Positions 45,334-55,599 of a DNA stretch of 64,000 nucleotides are shown here, piece after piece (positions within the stretch are counted from its first letter, which is position 1; the number at the start of each line of letters is the position of its first letter). A model generated the notes under the pieces. The model did no database searches. It was given only the letters and a program-made list of their open reading frames with translations, and was not told where the DNA came from. Position numbers and translations under genes: made by a program. Source of the stretch: a virus; the IMG/VR virus record IMGVR_UViG_3300045125_000170, positions 2,464 through 66,463 of that record; one strand, given 5' to 3'.

Positions 45334-45739
45334 TTTATCCACAATACCTGCTAGAGTTCAGACTGACTCTGTTGGTGGAATTGCTAAAGTTGTATATGAT
45401 TTTGCAGATCTTGGCGGCAAAATAGGAAGTATTCCATTAGAATTAGTACTGCCTTCTGATGTAATCATTCATCGTGGTTTTATTGATGTTATTACTCCTA
45501 TTACAAGTGGAGGTTCTGCTACAGTAGGATTAAGCTTTATTGGCAGTTCTACTCAATCTGTTTATGCTGCTACAGCAATTGCTTCTGTAACCGCAGTGCA
45601 ACCATTGGCAGTCAATACAACTGCTGTTAAATTATCTAGCACTAATGCCACAAAGACATCCGTTCTTAATGTTGTTATTGCAACAGCTGATTTAACTGCG
45701 GGCAAATTTAACGTTTACCTGCAATATTTTGGGGTGTAG
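45326..45739 (+). CDS. Capsid decoration or cement-like protein
   Basis: VVYDFAD..LPSDVII..DVITP..SATVG..GKF.VYLQY. Confidence 0.6.
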   Translation: MPNLSTIPARVQTDSVGGIAKVVYDFADLGGKIGSIPLELVLPSDVIIHRGFIDVITPITSGGSATVGLSFIGSSTQSVYAATAIASVTAVQPLAVNTTAVKLSSTNATKTSVLNVVIATADLTAGKFNVYLQYFGV

Positions 45740-45741
45740 TT

Positions 45742-46454
45742 ATGCCATGGCTTTCTAATCAAGAATGCTTGCAGTATGCTCGGGCATTACTTTGACTGGA
45801 GAGCCATTAACTACTGCAATAGCGCTAGCACAATCGTTAGTAGAAGGAATTAATGGCGCTAATCGTCCATTAGAAATAACTCAATATAAGAAGATATTAA
45901 CAATACCAAACACTGGTAGAGTTATTGTTCCAATTCGTCCAATGCTGTCAACTCCAGCTCCTATTGTTGAATTAAGAGGAAGCGATACTCCTCCAAGATT
46001 TGAGTTTATTCTATTCAAGAATGGGAGCCACTTATATTAGATAAAGATTACAAACTTGATTACGATAATAATGAGATTAGTTTACTAAGCTCTTAGTAGA
46101 GTATTACAACACGAATATTACTATCATACTGGCTTTAGAAGATATAGTCGTAATCCAACTGTACCAAGAGTTAAAAAACAACTTAAAATAACTTATTCTA
46201 GTGGAATTAATTTTACTGCTACATCAGAGGCTGTAGTTAACTTAAAGCGTAGTTTAGCTGCTATTGTTGCTTTAAGAGCTTCTCCTCAATCACAGGGTGT
46301 TAAATCAGTAGATGTGTCCGATGACAATTATAGTGTAGAGTACGCATCTCAATCGGACTATCTTGGTATTAGTGGTAATAAAACTAATGGTAGTCCAATC
46401 AACGAATTATTATCAATATTCCGTAAATATCGTCCAAGCGAGTACACGTCATGA
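45742..46454 (+). CDS. Head-tail adaptor (frameshifted)
   Basis: Position; C-terminal GVKSVDV..YSVEY...LLSIFRKY. Confidence 0.6.
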
Positions 46455-46892
46455 ATATTGAACAAATTGTTAGTGGAGCATTACAGCATCTACCAGATAA
46501 ATATTTTAGTACAGTTAATTTAGAGTTGACTTTCAATGTTGGTAGTGGAGCGTTTGCAATAGATCCGGAAACTGGTAATTATACTCAATCTTTAACACCA
46601 ATAATATTGTTGGCTTCTGCTGCTGAATACAAAGATCCACGAGTACTACAATCTCCTGGAAATTATGGCACAAGCATAATTGAAGTACAGGAGTAGGCTA
46701 GACAATCCAAAGTTAATACCTGCCACTATTGGAGTTCAATCCATTGGCACAGCTAAACTAACTAATAATGATGGCTCTATTTTTTCTGGAGTCTGGAAAT
46801 TTACCGCCATAACTCAAAATAGAATTAACGCATACACTTCTAAGCGAGGTACGTTAATAAGAGGTACTATAACATTACCAACCGCTGTTTAA
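46451..46892 (+). CDS. Head-closure-like protein (frameshifted)
   Basis: ORFs 46451-46696 and 46680-46892. Confidence 0.5.
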
Positions 46893-46966
46893 AATAAATA
46901 TTTTAGATACTACTTGACATTATAAAAGTAATGAGTTATCTTATAGAAAGTTAAGAGGACAAAACA

Positions 46967-47037
46967 ATGAGATGTAGATTATCCAGAACGCCCACGATAG
47001 TGTTATTATAGTAGCTTCCCCTAGGAGGCTATTTTTT
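46967..47037 (+). promoter_or_regulatory. Short leader ORF plus a terminator hairpin that occludes the next gene's SD
   Basis: TTGACA promoter near 46915; 14-codon ORF 46967-47011; TAGCTTCC-ccta-GGAGGCTA-TTTTTT-ATG. Confidence 0.45.
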
Positions 47038-47247
47038 ATGTCCAGTGTTGAACATCCAGCACACTATCAAACTGCTTCTATCGAATGTATTGAAGCAATA
47101 GAAGCTGCTTTAACTCCGGAAGAGTTAAAAGGATTTATCAAAGGAAACATTATTAAGTATACATGGCGAAGCGATTATAAAAATGGAGTTGAAGATTTAA
47201 AAAAAGCCCAATGGTATTTAAATTGGTATCTTAATCTTTTGTCATAG
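47038..47247 (+). CDS. DUF3310 (SaV / T7 gp1.7-like) protein
   Basis: VEHPAHY..IECIEAI..GFIKGNIIKYTWR..KNGVEDLKKAQWYL. Confidence 0.9.
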   Translation: MSSVEHPAHYQTASIECIEAIEAALTPEELKGFIKGNIIKYTWRSDYKNGVEDLKKAQWYLNWYLNLLS

Positions 47248-48179
47248 ATTTTTTAATTAATTTGTTATCTACTATTATATATTGCTGTGTCCATGCATAA
47301 GCTGTTGATTTGCAGATGTTTAGATAAGTTTCACACCAAGCAAATGACTTGCCATTTTGAATTGCGGTAAGAACAGCTATTTTAATAGTGTCATCATGTC
47401 CAGGACGGCCAGTTGGTGCAGCATCTTTTGTAAATTGATAACCGCATTCTTTGCATAAATATTGCTGTTTTGCGGTTCTTTTACCATTTTTAATTATTTG
47501 CTTGCTAAAGCATTTAGGGCAATTAATAGTTCCGTCTGCAATATTTTTTAGTAATTTTAATCCTTCCTCTTCAAGTTGTTTAATCTGATAAAATGACAGA
47601 TTAAGCATGTTTTTAATTTGCGTTATTGTATATTCTTCTAAATAGATTAACTTAATAATTTCAGCATATCTTGAAGGAAGTTTTGATAAAAGAATATCTA
47701 ATTCATGATAATTTGTGTCATAATAATTTATTTCTGGCAGCTCCACAAACGTTGATTCATGAGCTGTTATAGCTTCTTTTGCTTCTTCTAAATTTATACC
47801 CAATTCTTTGGCTGATTCTTGATAAGATATGCCTTTTTTTTAGCGTTTCGTTTAATTTTTTGGTATAATTCTTGAATTTTTCTTGGTATTTTAATAATTT
47901 TATCTTTGTCCCTCAAATACATTAAAATAGCGCCGTTAATAAAAAAATAGCAAAACTGGATAGCTTACTAGATTTTGTGGGATTATATCTTTCAATAGCT
48001 TGAATTAATCCTAGCGCTCCAATTTGCACTAAATCATCCACAGGAACAGAGCAAGATCTACTAAATTTGTAAGCAGCATTGTAAACTAATCCCATGTTAT
48101 TTTCTACAATTTTATTCCTGATTCTTATCTCTTTTGTTTGTAGATAGCGAGTTAACAGCTGTTGGTTTTCATGAAACAT
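47231..48179 (-). CDS. Group-3 (SigF-like) sigma factor fused to an InsA-like Zn ribbon and HTH (one indel)
   Basis: RNKIVENNMGLV; DDLVQIGALGLIQAIERYNP; LRDK..IKIPR; region 4 then CPKC..IKNGK..QQYLCKECGYQF in the same ORF. Confidence 0.85.
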
Positions 48180-48246
48180 AATAACAAATTGGTTGCATGT
48201 TTTTATTTTATCAACTAAAATGGCAATAATAAATAAAAAAAACATT

Positions 48247-48633
48247 ATGCAAATTAATTGGCGCAATATTGATATTAAAACAAGAAAAGCTATTTACAAA
48301 TGGGATGTTGATTACGCAGCTGTTGTCCATGAAGGTGGTACTACATCTACTGGACAAGATTATCCAGCTCGTCCATGGGTAGACAGAACTGTTGAAGGTA
48401 GATTTGATATTGTAAATGCTTTTAAACAAGAATTAAACACAGCTTCTACTTATGACGCAATGTTTGATAATGTAGCAGAACAATTGGGAGATGCTTTTAA
48501 ACAAAGTATAGAAGCTACAATATATCTTTGGGACAACCAAACTAAAAGAAAAAATGGAATGACAGTTGGCTCTCCAAGAGATATTGTAGATATGGGAGAT
48601 TTAAGAGACTCGCAAACAATGGAATTAATATGA
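48247..48633 (+). CDS. Tail-completion (neck) protein
   Basis: YAAVVHEG..RPW; PRDIVDMGDLRDSQ. Confidence 0.7.
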   Translation: MQINWRNIDIKTRKAIYKWDVDYAAVVHEGGTTSTGQDYPARPWVDRTVEGRFDIVNAFKQELNTASTYDAMFDNVAEQLGDAFKQSIEATIYLWDNQTKRKNGMTVGSPRDIVDMGDLRDSQTMELI

Positions 48634-48998
48634 ACGCAGCTGATTTAAATGCAAAATTAAGAGCATTATTAAGCACTGAACTAGGAGTATATAGTAATGG
48701 CACACCATCTATTTGGGTATATGGATCTTCTAGTAATCCACCATCTGCTAGTAATGGATTGGAGTGTTTAATTAGACAAAATCCAATTGGATTTGCTGGT
48801 GGTTCAAGTGCTGGGCAAAGATATAAACCGCAGCAATGGGAGGTTGTGCTAAAAAATTGGAATAAAGATTCAAATTTGATTAAAGCCTTATCAAAAATAG
48901 AGCAAAATTTTTGTGTAACAAGTGTTGTTCATATTCCTTTTACTGGGGAGTTTATAGAACAAGCAAAGATTATGATTAAAGATCCAATCTTTGTGTAG
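48630..48998 (+). CDS. Tail terminator-like protein
   Basis: Position before the tail tubes; 122 aa. Confidence 0.55.
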   Translation: MNAADLNAKLRALLSTELGVYSNGTPSIWVYGSSSNPPSASNGLECLIRQNPIGFAGGSSAGQRYKPQQWEVVLKNWNKDSNLIKALSKIEQNFCVTSVVHIPFTGEFIEQAKIMIKDPIFV

Positions 48999-49042
48999 CG
49001 TAATGGCAATATTCTAATAAGAACTAAACAAGGTAAAACATT

Positions 49043-50036
49043 ATGCCTTTGGCGACTTCATCTTTAATATTACAAAATACCAGTTTAGATTTATTGTTGC
49101 TACCTACAAGTGATGCTTTATTTGGAGCATCAGATAGAGCAGTATCGACAGTAAAAATAAAAGCTGGTACTACACTGCTACTACAGTTCCTGTTGGAACA
49201 ACTTCTTTAAGTTTAGCTTCTAATACCCCAGTTTTTGTTAAGCAAGGAACATCTTTATCTTTTTCCGGAGATGCAACTGGTAAATTTAGACGACAAGTAA
49301 TTGTTAATCAAGACGTTGTTCTTGGTACTACAGCAACAACTGTCAGTGTAAATCCATTACTTCGTCCAATAGTTAGATACTGCTACTGCAATAGCGACTG
49401 AAACAGTAGGTGTTGCTAATTTAAGATATGTTGTAAATCATAGTCCTTTAACTATTTCGTGTAGTGCTTCAAACGGAGCTACAACAGTTACTACTTCTAC
49501 TGGTGATTTCAGTTCTGTGGAAGTTGGAGATATAGTAACAGGGACATCAATTCTTGCAAATACTTACGTAACAGCAAAGCATCTACTACTTCGTTAACAA
49601 TTAGTAATGCAACAACAGCTGCTATTACATCAGCAAATTTAATATTTACTTCTGTTGTTGCTCCAACTCCATTAACTGGCATTCAAACACTTGATTTAAA
49701 TAATCAAGAAACTCAAGTAGATACCACTAGTTTTGGATCTGGCTCTGGTTCTGAGGCAGCGATAGTTAGATTTAATAGAAGCTATTCTGCTAGCGGCATT
49801 GCTTTGATTGGAGACGAAGCATTAGAAAGAATAGTAAAACCAGTTGCTGGGTTTAACAACTCTTTTTAAACAGAGAAGTATATGCTGTTGCAACTACAGC
49901 AGATGGAGAAGCTATTGAAGGTGTTGCAAAAATTATGGCATTGAATTTCCCTGCCAATCAAAATGAAGTTAAAAAATATTCTTTTACCCTCATGTACCAA
50001 GGCAATGCTTCTTGGGTACAGCCATATAATTATTAA
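49043..50036 (+). CDS. Tail tube protein paralog 1 with long beta-sandwich insert (frameshifted)
   Basis: GIQTLDLNNQETQVDTTSFGSG...KKYSFTLMYQG; coding frame read manually. Confidence 0.7.
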
Positions 50037-50053
50037 GATTAAGGAGAATTGTT

Positions 50054-50824
50054 ATGCCTTTAGCAACTGCTTCGCAAATTTTACAGTCTTTTTCTTTAGA
50101 CATGTTACTTTTGCCATTAGATTCAAATTTTGGCGCTCCAAACAGAACTGGATATAGTTCGGTAACGCTCACTGCTACTGCTGCATCTGTGGGAGCTAAT
50201 ACGTTAACTGTTAGCTATGGTAGTGTTACTAACGCTCCAACTCCACTTATTAATGCTGGGACAGCGTTGTCATTTTTTAGTGCTGGTGCAAAATCTAGGC
50301 AACAAGCTGTAGTTGTTGCTGATGTTGGAAGCACAGCAACTACAGGTTTAACAGTATCTCCATTATTGCGTCCAATTTCAACCGGTGCAACTGCTACATT
50401 AGTCTATCAGCAATCAACTTTACTTACAAACGGAGCTACAGAATTACTGCCATTAGCTGGCATTCAGACAATGGATTTAAATAATCAAGAAACTCAAGTA
50501 GATACCACTCATTTTGGATCTGGCTCTGGCTCTGAAGCTGCAATAGTTAGATTCAATAGAAGCTATTCAGTGAGTGGTATTGCTTTGATTGGAGATGAAT
50601 GTTTGGAAACTGTTGTTAAGCCAGCAGCTGGATTTGATAGCGGCAGAATTGGTAGAGAAGTATACGCAATTACAACAATGCCAGATGGCGAAAGAATTGC
50701 TGGAGTTGCAAAAATTATGGCATTAAATTTGCCTGCCAATCAAAATGAAGTTAAAAAATATTCATTCACGCTTATGTATCAAGGCAGCGCCTATGAATGG
50801 ACACCGCCTTATTCAAATTTCTAG
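50054..50824 (+). CDS. Tail tube protein paralog 2
   Basis: GIQTMDLNNQETQVDTTHFGSG...KKYSFTLMYQG. Confidence 0.75.
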   Translation: MPLATASQILQSFSLDMLLLPLDSNFGAPNRTGYSSVTLTATAASVGANTLTVSYGSVTNAPTPLINAGTALSFFSAGAKSRQQAVVVADVGSTATTGLTVSPLLRPISTGATATLVYQQSTLLTNGATELLPLAGIQTMDLNNQETQVDTTHFGSGSGSEAAIVRFNRSYSVSGIALIGDECLETVVKPAAGFDSGRIGREVYAITTMPDGERIAGVAKIMALNLPANQNEVKKYSFTLMYQGSAYEWTPPYSNF

Positions 50825-50856
50825 TATAATGGCTTTGTATTAAGCGAGGGGGACAG

Positions 50857-51585
50857 ATGGCTTCCATTCCGCAGCCGCTACGAAGTTGTTGTTTAGAAAT
50901 GTTGCTGCTTGATGTTGACACTGATGGCAGCACTATTACTGATTTGTTTAAAACAGAAATAGAAGTAGTAGAAACAGCAAATATTTCTGCTACTTCTATT
51001 AAATTACGTGGCTACATTGATGTGTTTTTACCAGCTGGCACTTCTTTGTCTTTTATTAATCCAGATACTGATGATTTAGCAACATACAGGAAGCAAATTG
51101 TATTATTAGAAGACACAACAATAGAAGAATTTAGCACAAATGTCAAAATTTATCCATTGCCTTATCCCATTCAACAAGGAGATATAGCAGAAGCTATAGA
51201 AGGTATATTGCCATTATTTGGATTACAGACGATAGATTTATCATCTCAAGAAACACAAGTAGAAACAACGAATTTTCGTTCAGGAAGAGGAGTTAATAAT
51301 GCTTTTGTAAGAAATGCTAAAACATGTAATGTAAGTGGAATAGCATTAGCTGGAGATAAAGCATTAGAAACTATTGTTAAACCAGTTGGTATATTCTCTA
51401 GTGAATTATTTGGGAGAGATGTTTATGTTGTAATTACAATGCCTAATGGAGAAAGATTTGAAGGTATTGCAAAAATAGGCTCTATGTCTCTTCCATCTAA
51501 TCAAAATGATGTTCAAAAATTTAGTTTTAACTTGTTATTCCAAGGCGATGATTTTCAGTGGTATCCACCATTTACGTTTATTTAA
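50857..51585 (+). CDS. Tail tube protein paralog 3
   Basis: GLQTIDLSSQETQVETTNF...QKFSFNLLFQG. Confidence 0.7.
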   Translation: MASIPQPLRSCCLEMLLLDVDTDGSTITDLFKTEIEVVETANISATSIKLRGYIDVFLPAGTSLSFINPDTDDLATYRKQIVLLEDTTIEEFSTNVKIYPLPYPIQQGDIAEAIEGILPLFGLQTIDLSSQETQVETTNFRSGRGVNNAFVRNAKTCNVSGIALAGDKALETIVKPVGIFSSELFGRDVYVVITMPNGERFEGIAKIGSMSLPSNQNDVQKFSFNLLFQGDDFQWYPPFTFI

Positions 51586-51629
51586 TTTATGATAATTAAT
51601 ATTATATATCTAAACTGGTATAACAATAA

Positions 51630-51872
51630 TTGAAAATATTAACTGACAACACACGAATATTGGTAATTCTGATAAACTGTAAGCACAAAGGTAATAAATT
51701 ACTTTGTGGAGCAGCTGTATTTAGAGGCGGATTGTCAGGTACTATAGTAGTATACGATATCACAGATCCATCTGTTTCGTTTACAATTAAAATACCGGAA
51801 TCAGTCGCTTTAGTTGCTACAACAGAAACGTTTACTGATTATCACGATTCTTTTGAACTATTATTAGTGTAA
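51630..51872 (+). CDS. Hypothetical protein
   Basis: 80-aa ORF. Confidence 0.5.
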   Translation: MKILTDNTRILVILINCKHKGNKLLCGAAVFRGGLSGTIVVYDITDPSVSFTIKIPESVALVATTETFTDYHDSFELLLV

Positions 51873-51874
51873 TT

Positions 51875-53008
51875 ATGTTGCCATTAATTCAGAAAAAACA
51901 TTACCAGAAATTATCCAAGTTGGAAATGATGAGTCTGGTTATTTGTATTTAGCCAAGACTAAATCAGTGACAGTTGGAGAAAGACAAGAATTGTCTGAAC
52001 ATGAGAGACGACGCGGACAAGGCAGCGTAATGGCTTCTAAGTTAATTTCTCAAATTGCTAGAGAAAAAAGTATTAGTTTAACTGAAGCTCGCAACTTACT
52101 AAGTGGTGTTGATAACTTAGATAATAGTCCAATCATAGAAGAATACGCTAAAGAATTTTATGAGCTATCTTCTTTTATTGGAACAGCAGATCTAGACATT
52201 AAAGTTGCTGTAGCGCATATTATTATTAAAAACAGAGTTGCTTATCCAATTAAAATTGCTGTTGATGGTAATATTAACGATAAAAAATTAACAGTAGAGC
52301 CATTAACAGTTAACTTGACTCACAAGCAGGGAATTAGAATAGGCTCCGTATATGTCATTATTGAAGGCAATTACGAAACTGACAATACTTTGGTTAAAAC
52401 ACAGCCACTACCAGCATCTATCAAAGCAGGCGTTACTGGATTTTTATGCTCTAACTATTTTTATGTGCTTGGTAGCACTGACTGGACATTAGATATGACA
52501 AAACAATTGGACGAAGTTTTAATCAATGATATTTATGACTTTTTCCAAAAAGAATCAAATAGATGGGAGTCTGTAGAAACAGTTGTTGACGATGAGCCGG
52601 GGAGGACAAGACTCAGTTAGCATTACCGACGGCATAGACTGGGTAAAATTGTATTGGCGTATTCAATCATATCAAATTGCAGATAAAAGATTCCAAGATT
52701 GGGACACTTATTTAAGACAACCCGATTATATTGTTTTTCAATGCATTACTGAAATGGAATCTTTGCGGATGGCTCAACTTAATATTGAATCCAGAGTTCA
52801 TGCAATTGGATGGGCTGGACTATTCAACGGATTTAAAGGAAAAGAAGATCCATCTATTGATTATACTGAGTTATTGCCTTTCCCTAATCAAGCGCATAAT
52901 CCTAGATGTAAACTGAGCGATGTCACTAAAGCAATTATTAATGATGCGATTAAACGCAAAGAGTTACCAATGATAGCGCTTACAAACTTAGCTCTTTTGT
53001 TGAATTAG
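51875..53008 (+). CDS. Tail assembly chaperone pair (G/T-like; 51875-52620 and 52583-53008)
   Basis: Overlapping ORFs after the tail tubes, with a G run in the overlap. Confidence 0.6.
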
Positions 53009-53117
53009 CTATTGTCCAAAATTTTAGTTTATGCTAAAATGATATGGCACCTTGATAACAAACCCGAAAGCATTATCCTGTGGTAATTGGAGATGCTTTT
53101 TTCTTGTTTAAAATATT

Positions 53118-53159
53118 TTTTAGAAAGTACTTGACAATCTGGGAATAGTGGTTTATATT
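53118..53159 (+). promoter_or_regulatory. Sigma70-type promoter, twin of 7285-7326
   Basis: TTTTAGAAAGTACTTGACA..TAGTGGTTTATATT. Confidence 0.75.
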
Positions 53160-53187
53160 AAAAACATGGAAAACAAAGGAGGCAGCA

Positions 53188-53424
53188 ATGGACAAAATAA
53201 ATAGGTTCTACAAAGAATTAGAATTCACTTTCCAGGAAGTCGCTTGGGACAAATTGTTCCAAGCCGCTGCTATCGGGGAGGAATTGATCGAGTTTGTATC
53301 AGCTCACCCAGAGATGTTCTGGGAGGAGCCAGCTATCCAGCATGCTGGTAAGTTACATTGGCTTTGCGAGGAAAAACGCTACGTTAGCGTAGCGCGGGTG
53401 GATCCCGCCTTGGGATCCAAATGA
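53188..53424 (+). CDS. Hypothetical early-type protein
   Basis: AAGGAGG RBS; converges on hairpins near 53574-53647. Confidence 0.6.
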   Translation: MDKINRFYKELEFTFQEVAWDKLFQAAAIGEELIEFVSAHPEMFWEEPAIQHAGKLHWLCEEKRYVSVARVDPALGSK

Positions 53425-53637
53425 TGGTAGTTCCCAGATGGGAAGCCACCCCATTTTGGGACTGGGGATCACGGAGGCGAGAATGTTTTTGTGGCACGCA
53501 TGCCGCCAATGACAGTTCAGGACATTCAGCGTGAACACGCGGATCACTGGATGTTTGTAGAATAGAATAACAAAAACCCTAGAAATCAAATCCTAGGGTT
53601 TTTCTTAAATAATTGGTAACTCCTAGAAAAATAAATT

Positions 53638-53949
53638 CTAGGAGTTTTTATTTATGAGTATGGAATTTTTATTGGAGGAGTTCATCATATTTACGTAATT
53701 CTCATATGACTGTGCCACCCAAGCACAGTAGATATCAAGGAATTTGTACAGTCCTTCCTCCACTCGTTGTCTTGCCCAAAATTCCTCGGAAGACAACGTT
53801 CCCTCGATGGGGAAGTACTGCTCATTTAATTGTAAATCCAACCAAGGCTTTATTTGCCGTGATTGCTCTCCATCTTGATCAATGAAAATGACACATGTTC
53901 TTTGAGCATCCTCCCAGACGGATAGTCTCTTAGTCTGTGTAAGTGACAT
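53638..53949 (-). CDS. Hypothetical protein
   Basis: 103-aa ORF with AAGGA RBS. Confidence 0.55.
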   Translation of the reverse strand: MSLTQTKRLSVWEDAQRTCVIFIDQDGEQSRQIKPWLDLQLNEQYFPIEGTLSSEEFWARQRVEEGLYKFLDIYCAWVAQSYENYVNMMNSSNKNSILINKNS

Positions 53950-54127
53950 AAAACATGTCCTTACAAAGTTCCTCTACTAACAAAATTTTCCCAAACCTCG
54001 AAATGTTTGAGCATGCTCCGTCAAGAGCAAAGCTCTCGCTCTGACGTTATCTCCGCTATGTATCTCATCTTTTTCTACCAACTCAATAATACAATAATAA
54101 ACTACCTTTTTTAATTTGTCAATAGAT

Positions 54128-54456
54128 TTATAGCTTGTGTAATTTTCTATAATTCCTTTGCAGTAATTTAACAAATACTGGAGTATTCCTATTCTTCCAA
54201 ACTGGATCTGTTTTGTTGATAATCCAATTTTCTGGAGAATGGCATACGTTTTTATGGCAGTATTTGCACACTGGAAAGAAGTTAATACCATATTTATCGC
54301 CAGATTTCCTGTAGCTGCTGTGATGTACTTCCTCACTTTTATTTATGCCACAACAACAGCATTTGCCATTAGTTCTTTTATGCGCAGCTGACAATTTCTT
54401 CTTAGTTATTTTTTTGTATCGTTGGCTATAATCATGCTTGCTTTCTTTTTGGGCAT
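54128..54456 (-). CDS. HNH endonuclease
   Basis: GKCCCC..EEVHH..Y..NFFPVCKYCH. Confidence 0.75.
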
Positions 54457-54601
54457 ATTACTATGAGAAAACAGCCATTTAAATATATTTAACATAATTG
54501 CCTTTATTGTAAGCTATTACGGAGTTACCGCAATAGCTGTAATTTGTATTTATCTGTTAATCCAAAACTTAAATTTTTTAAGCTCTTTCTCTAATTGAAT
54601 T

Positions 54602-54943
54602 TTATAAGCTTTTGCTACGAGAATTTTCCAATCTCTTGTCAAACGTTTCTAAGTATCGAAACGCATTATCAGGACTCCAGTCAAATAATTCCCATAAAAA
54701 TTGCGCTACAGATTCTTCTATATGGCAACTTTCAATCAAATCGTAAATTTGTTTTGCCATATCTTGGTATCTGTTATCAGTTGCAATTTTTAAAGCACTG
54801 CTTGGACAGTATTTAAATACTTCCCAGATACGATTGTCTTGAACTTCTAATTCAATAAGTTTAATCTTAACTTCTTCTGGAGTTAACCGTAATTCTTGTT
54901 CTTGATTGAGTTCGTCGTGAATTTGATTAATTTGTCTTGTCAT
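54602..54943 (-). CDS. Hypothetical protein with an internal repeat
   Basis: 113-aa ORF; WEVFKYCPSSAL vs WELFDWSPDNAF. Confidence 0.55.
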   Translation of the reverse strand: MTRQINQIHDELNQEQELRLTPEEVKIKLIELEVQDNRIWEVFKYCPSSALKIATDNRYQDMAKQIYDLIESCHIEESVAQFLWELFDWSPDNAFRYLETFDKRLENSRSKSL

Positions 54944-55338
54944 TGTATTCTCCGTATTTTGTCTTTTAAGATTTTACGGAATATTTATTTTATTGTCAAG
55001 ATTGATATTTATTTAAGTAAAACAGCAGTCCAGAAAATATTAGATTTAAGCTGCTGTTTGTTTTGTAATTCGTATAAAGCTGTTGTTATTTCAGCTAAAG
55101 TATGATTTGGAAATTCAGCATGAATCTCATCAAGTTTTTTGCTGTTTTACAAATATTAAGTAATTTATCTTTTTCTTGTTCTGATAATAACATTTTGCTA
55201 ATTAAACTAAAAATAAGTTAATGAATTGTGTCATAATCACATAATGTCCGAATCCAGTTTGAAAAATCTTGTATTTTCCTCTGAAAAAAATTAAAAACAA
55301 TCCACTTATTTTTACAATAGATTTTAAAATATTTATTC

Positions 55339-55599
55339 TTATTTTTTTACTTCAAAAGTAACAATTCTTGATGAAGTTTCATTTGATATCAGCACAATTG
55401 CTTTTATTTTATTTGGTTCAAATTTTGCTGTTTCTAATTCATTAGAACGTAAAAAATTTACAAAAACTAAGTAATGTTCTGCTATTAATAACCAAATGTC
55501 ATCTTGACAAGATATAAATAAATCATAACCAGAAGAATGCTTAAATACTGATATTGAACAATATCCAAGTATTTCTTTAATTGCATTATTGTTAGTCAT
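55339..55599 (-). CDS. Hypothetical protein
   Basis: ATGA-coupled to the gpK-like gene. Confidence 0.5.
   Translation of the reverse strand: MTNNNAIKEILGYCSISVFKHSSGYDLFISCQDDIWLLIAEHYLVFVNFLRSNELETAKFEPNKIKAIVLISNETSSRIVTFEVKK

Noticed and set aside
47231-47530. Intact IS1 element
   Set aside because: No InsB/DDE domain, terminal inverted repeats or target duplication; the domain is fused in frame to the sigma factor
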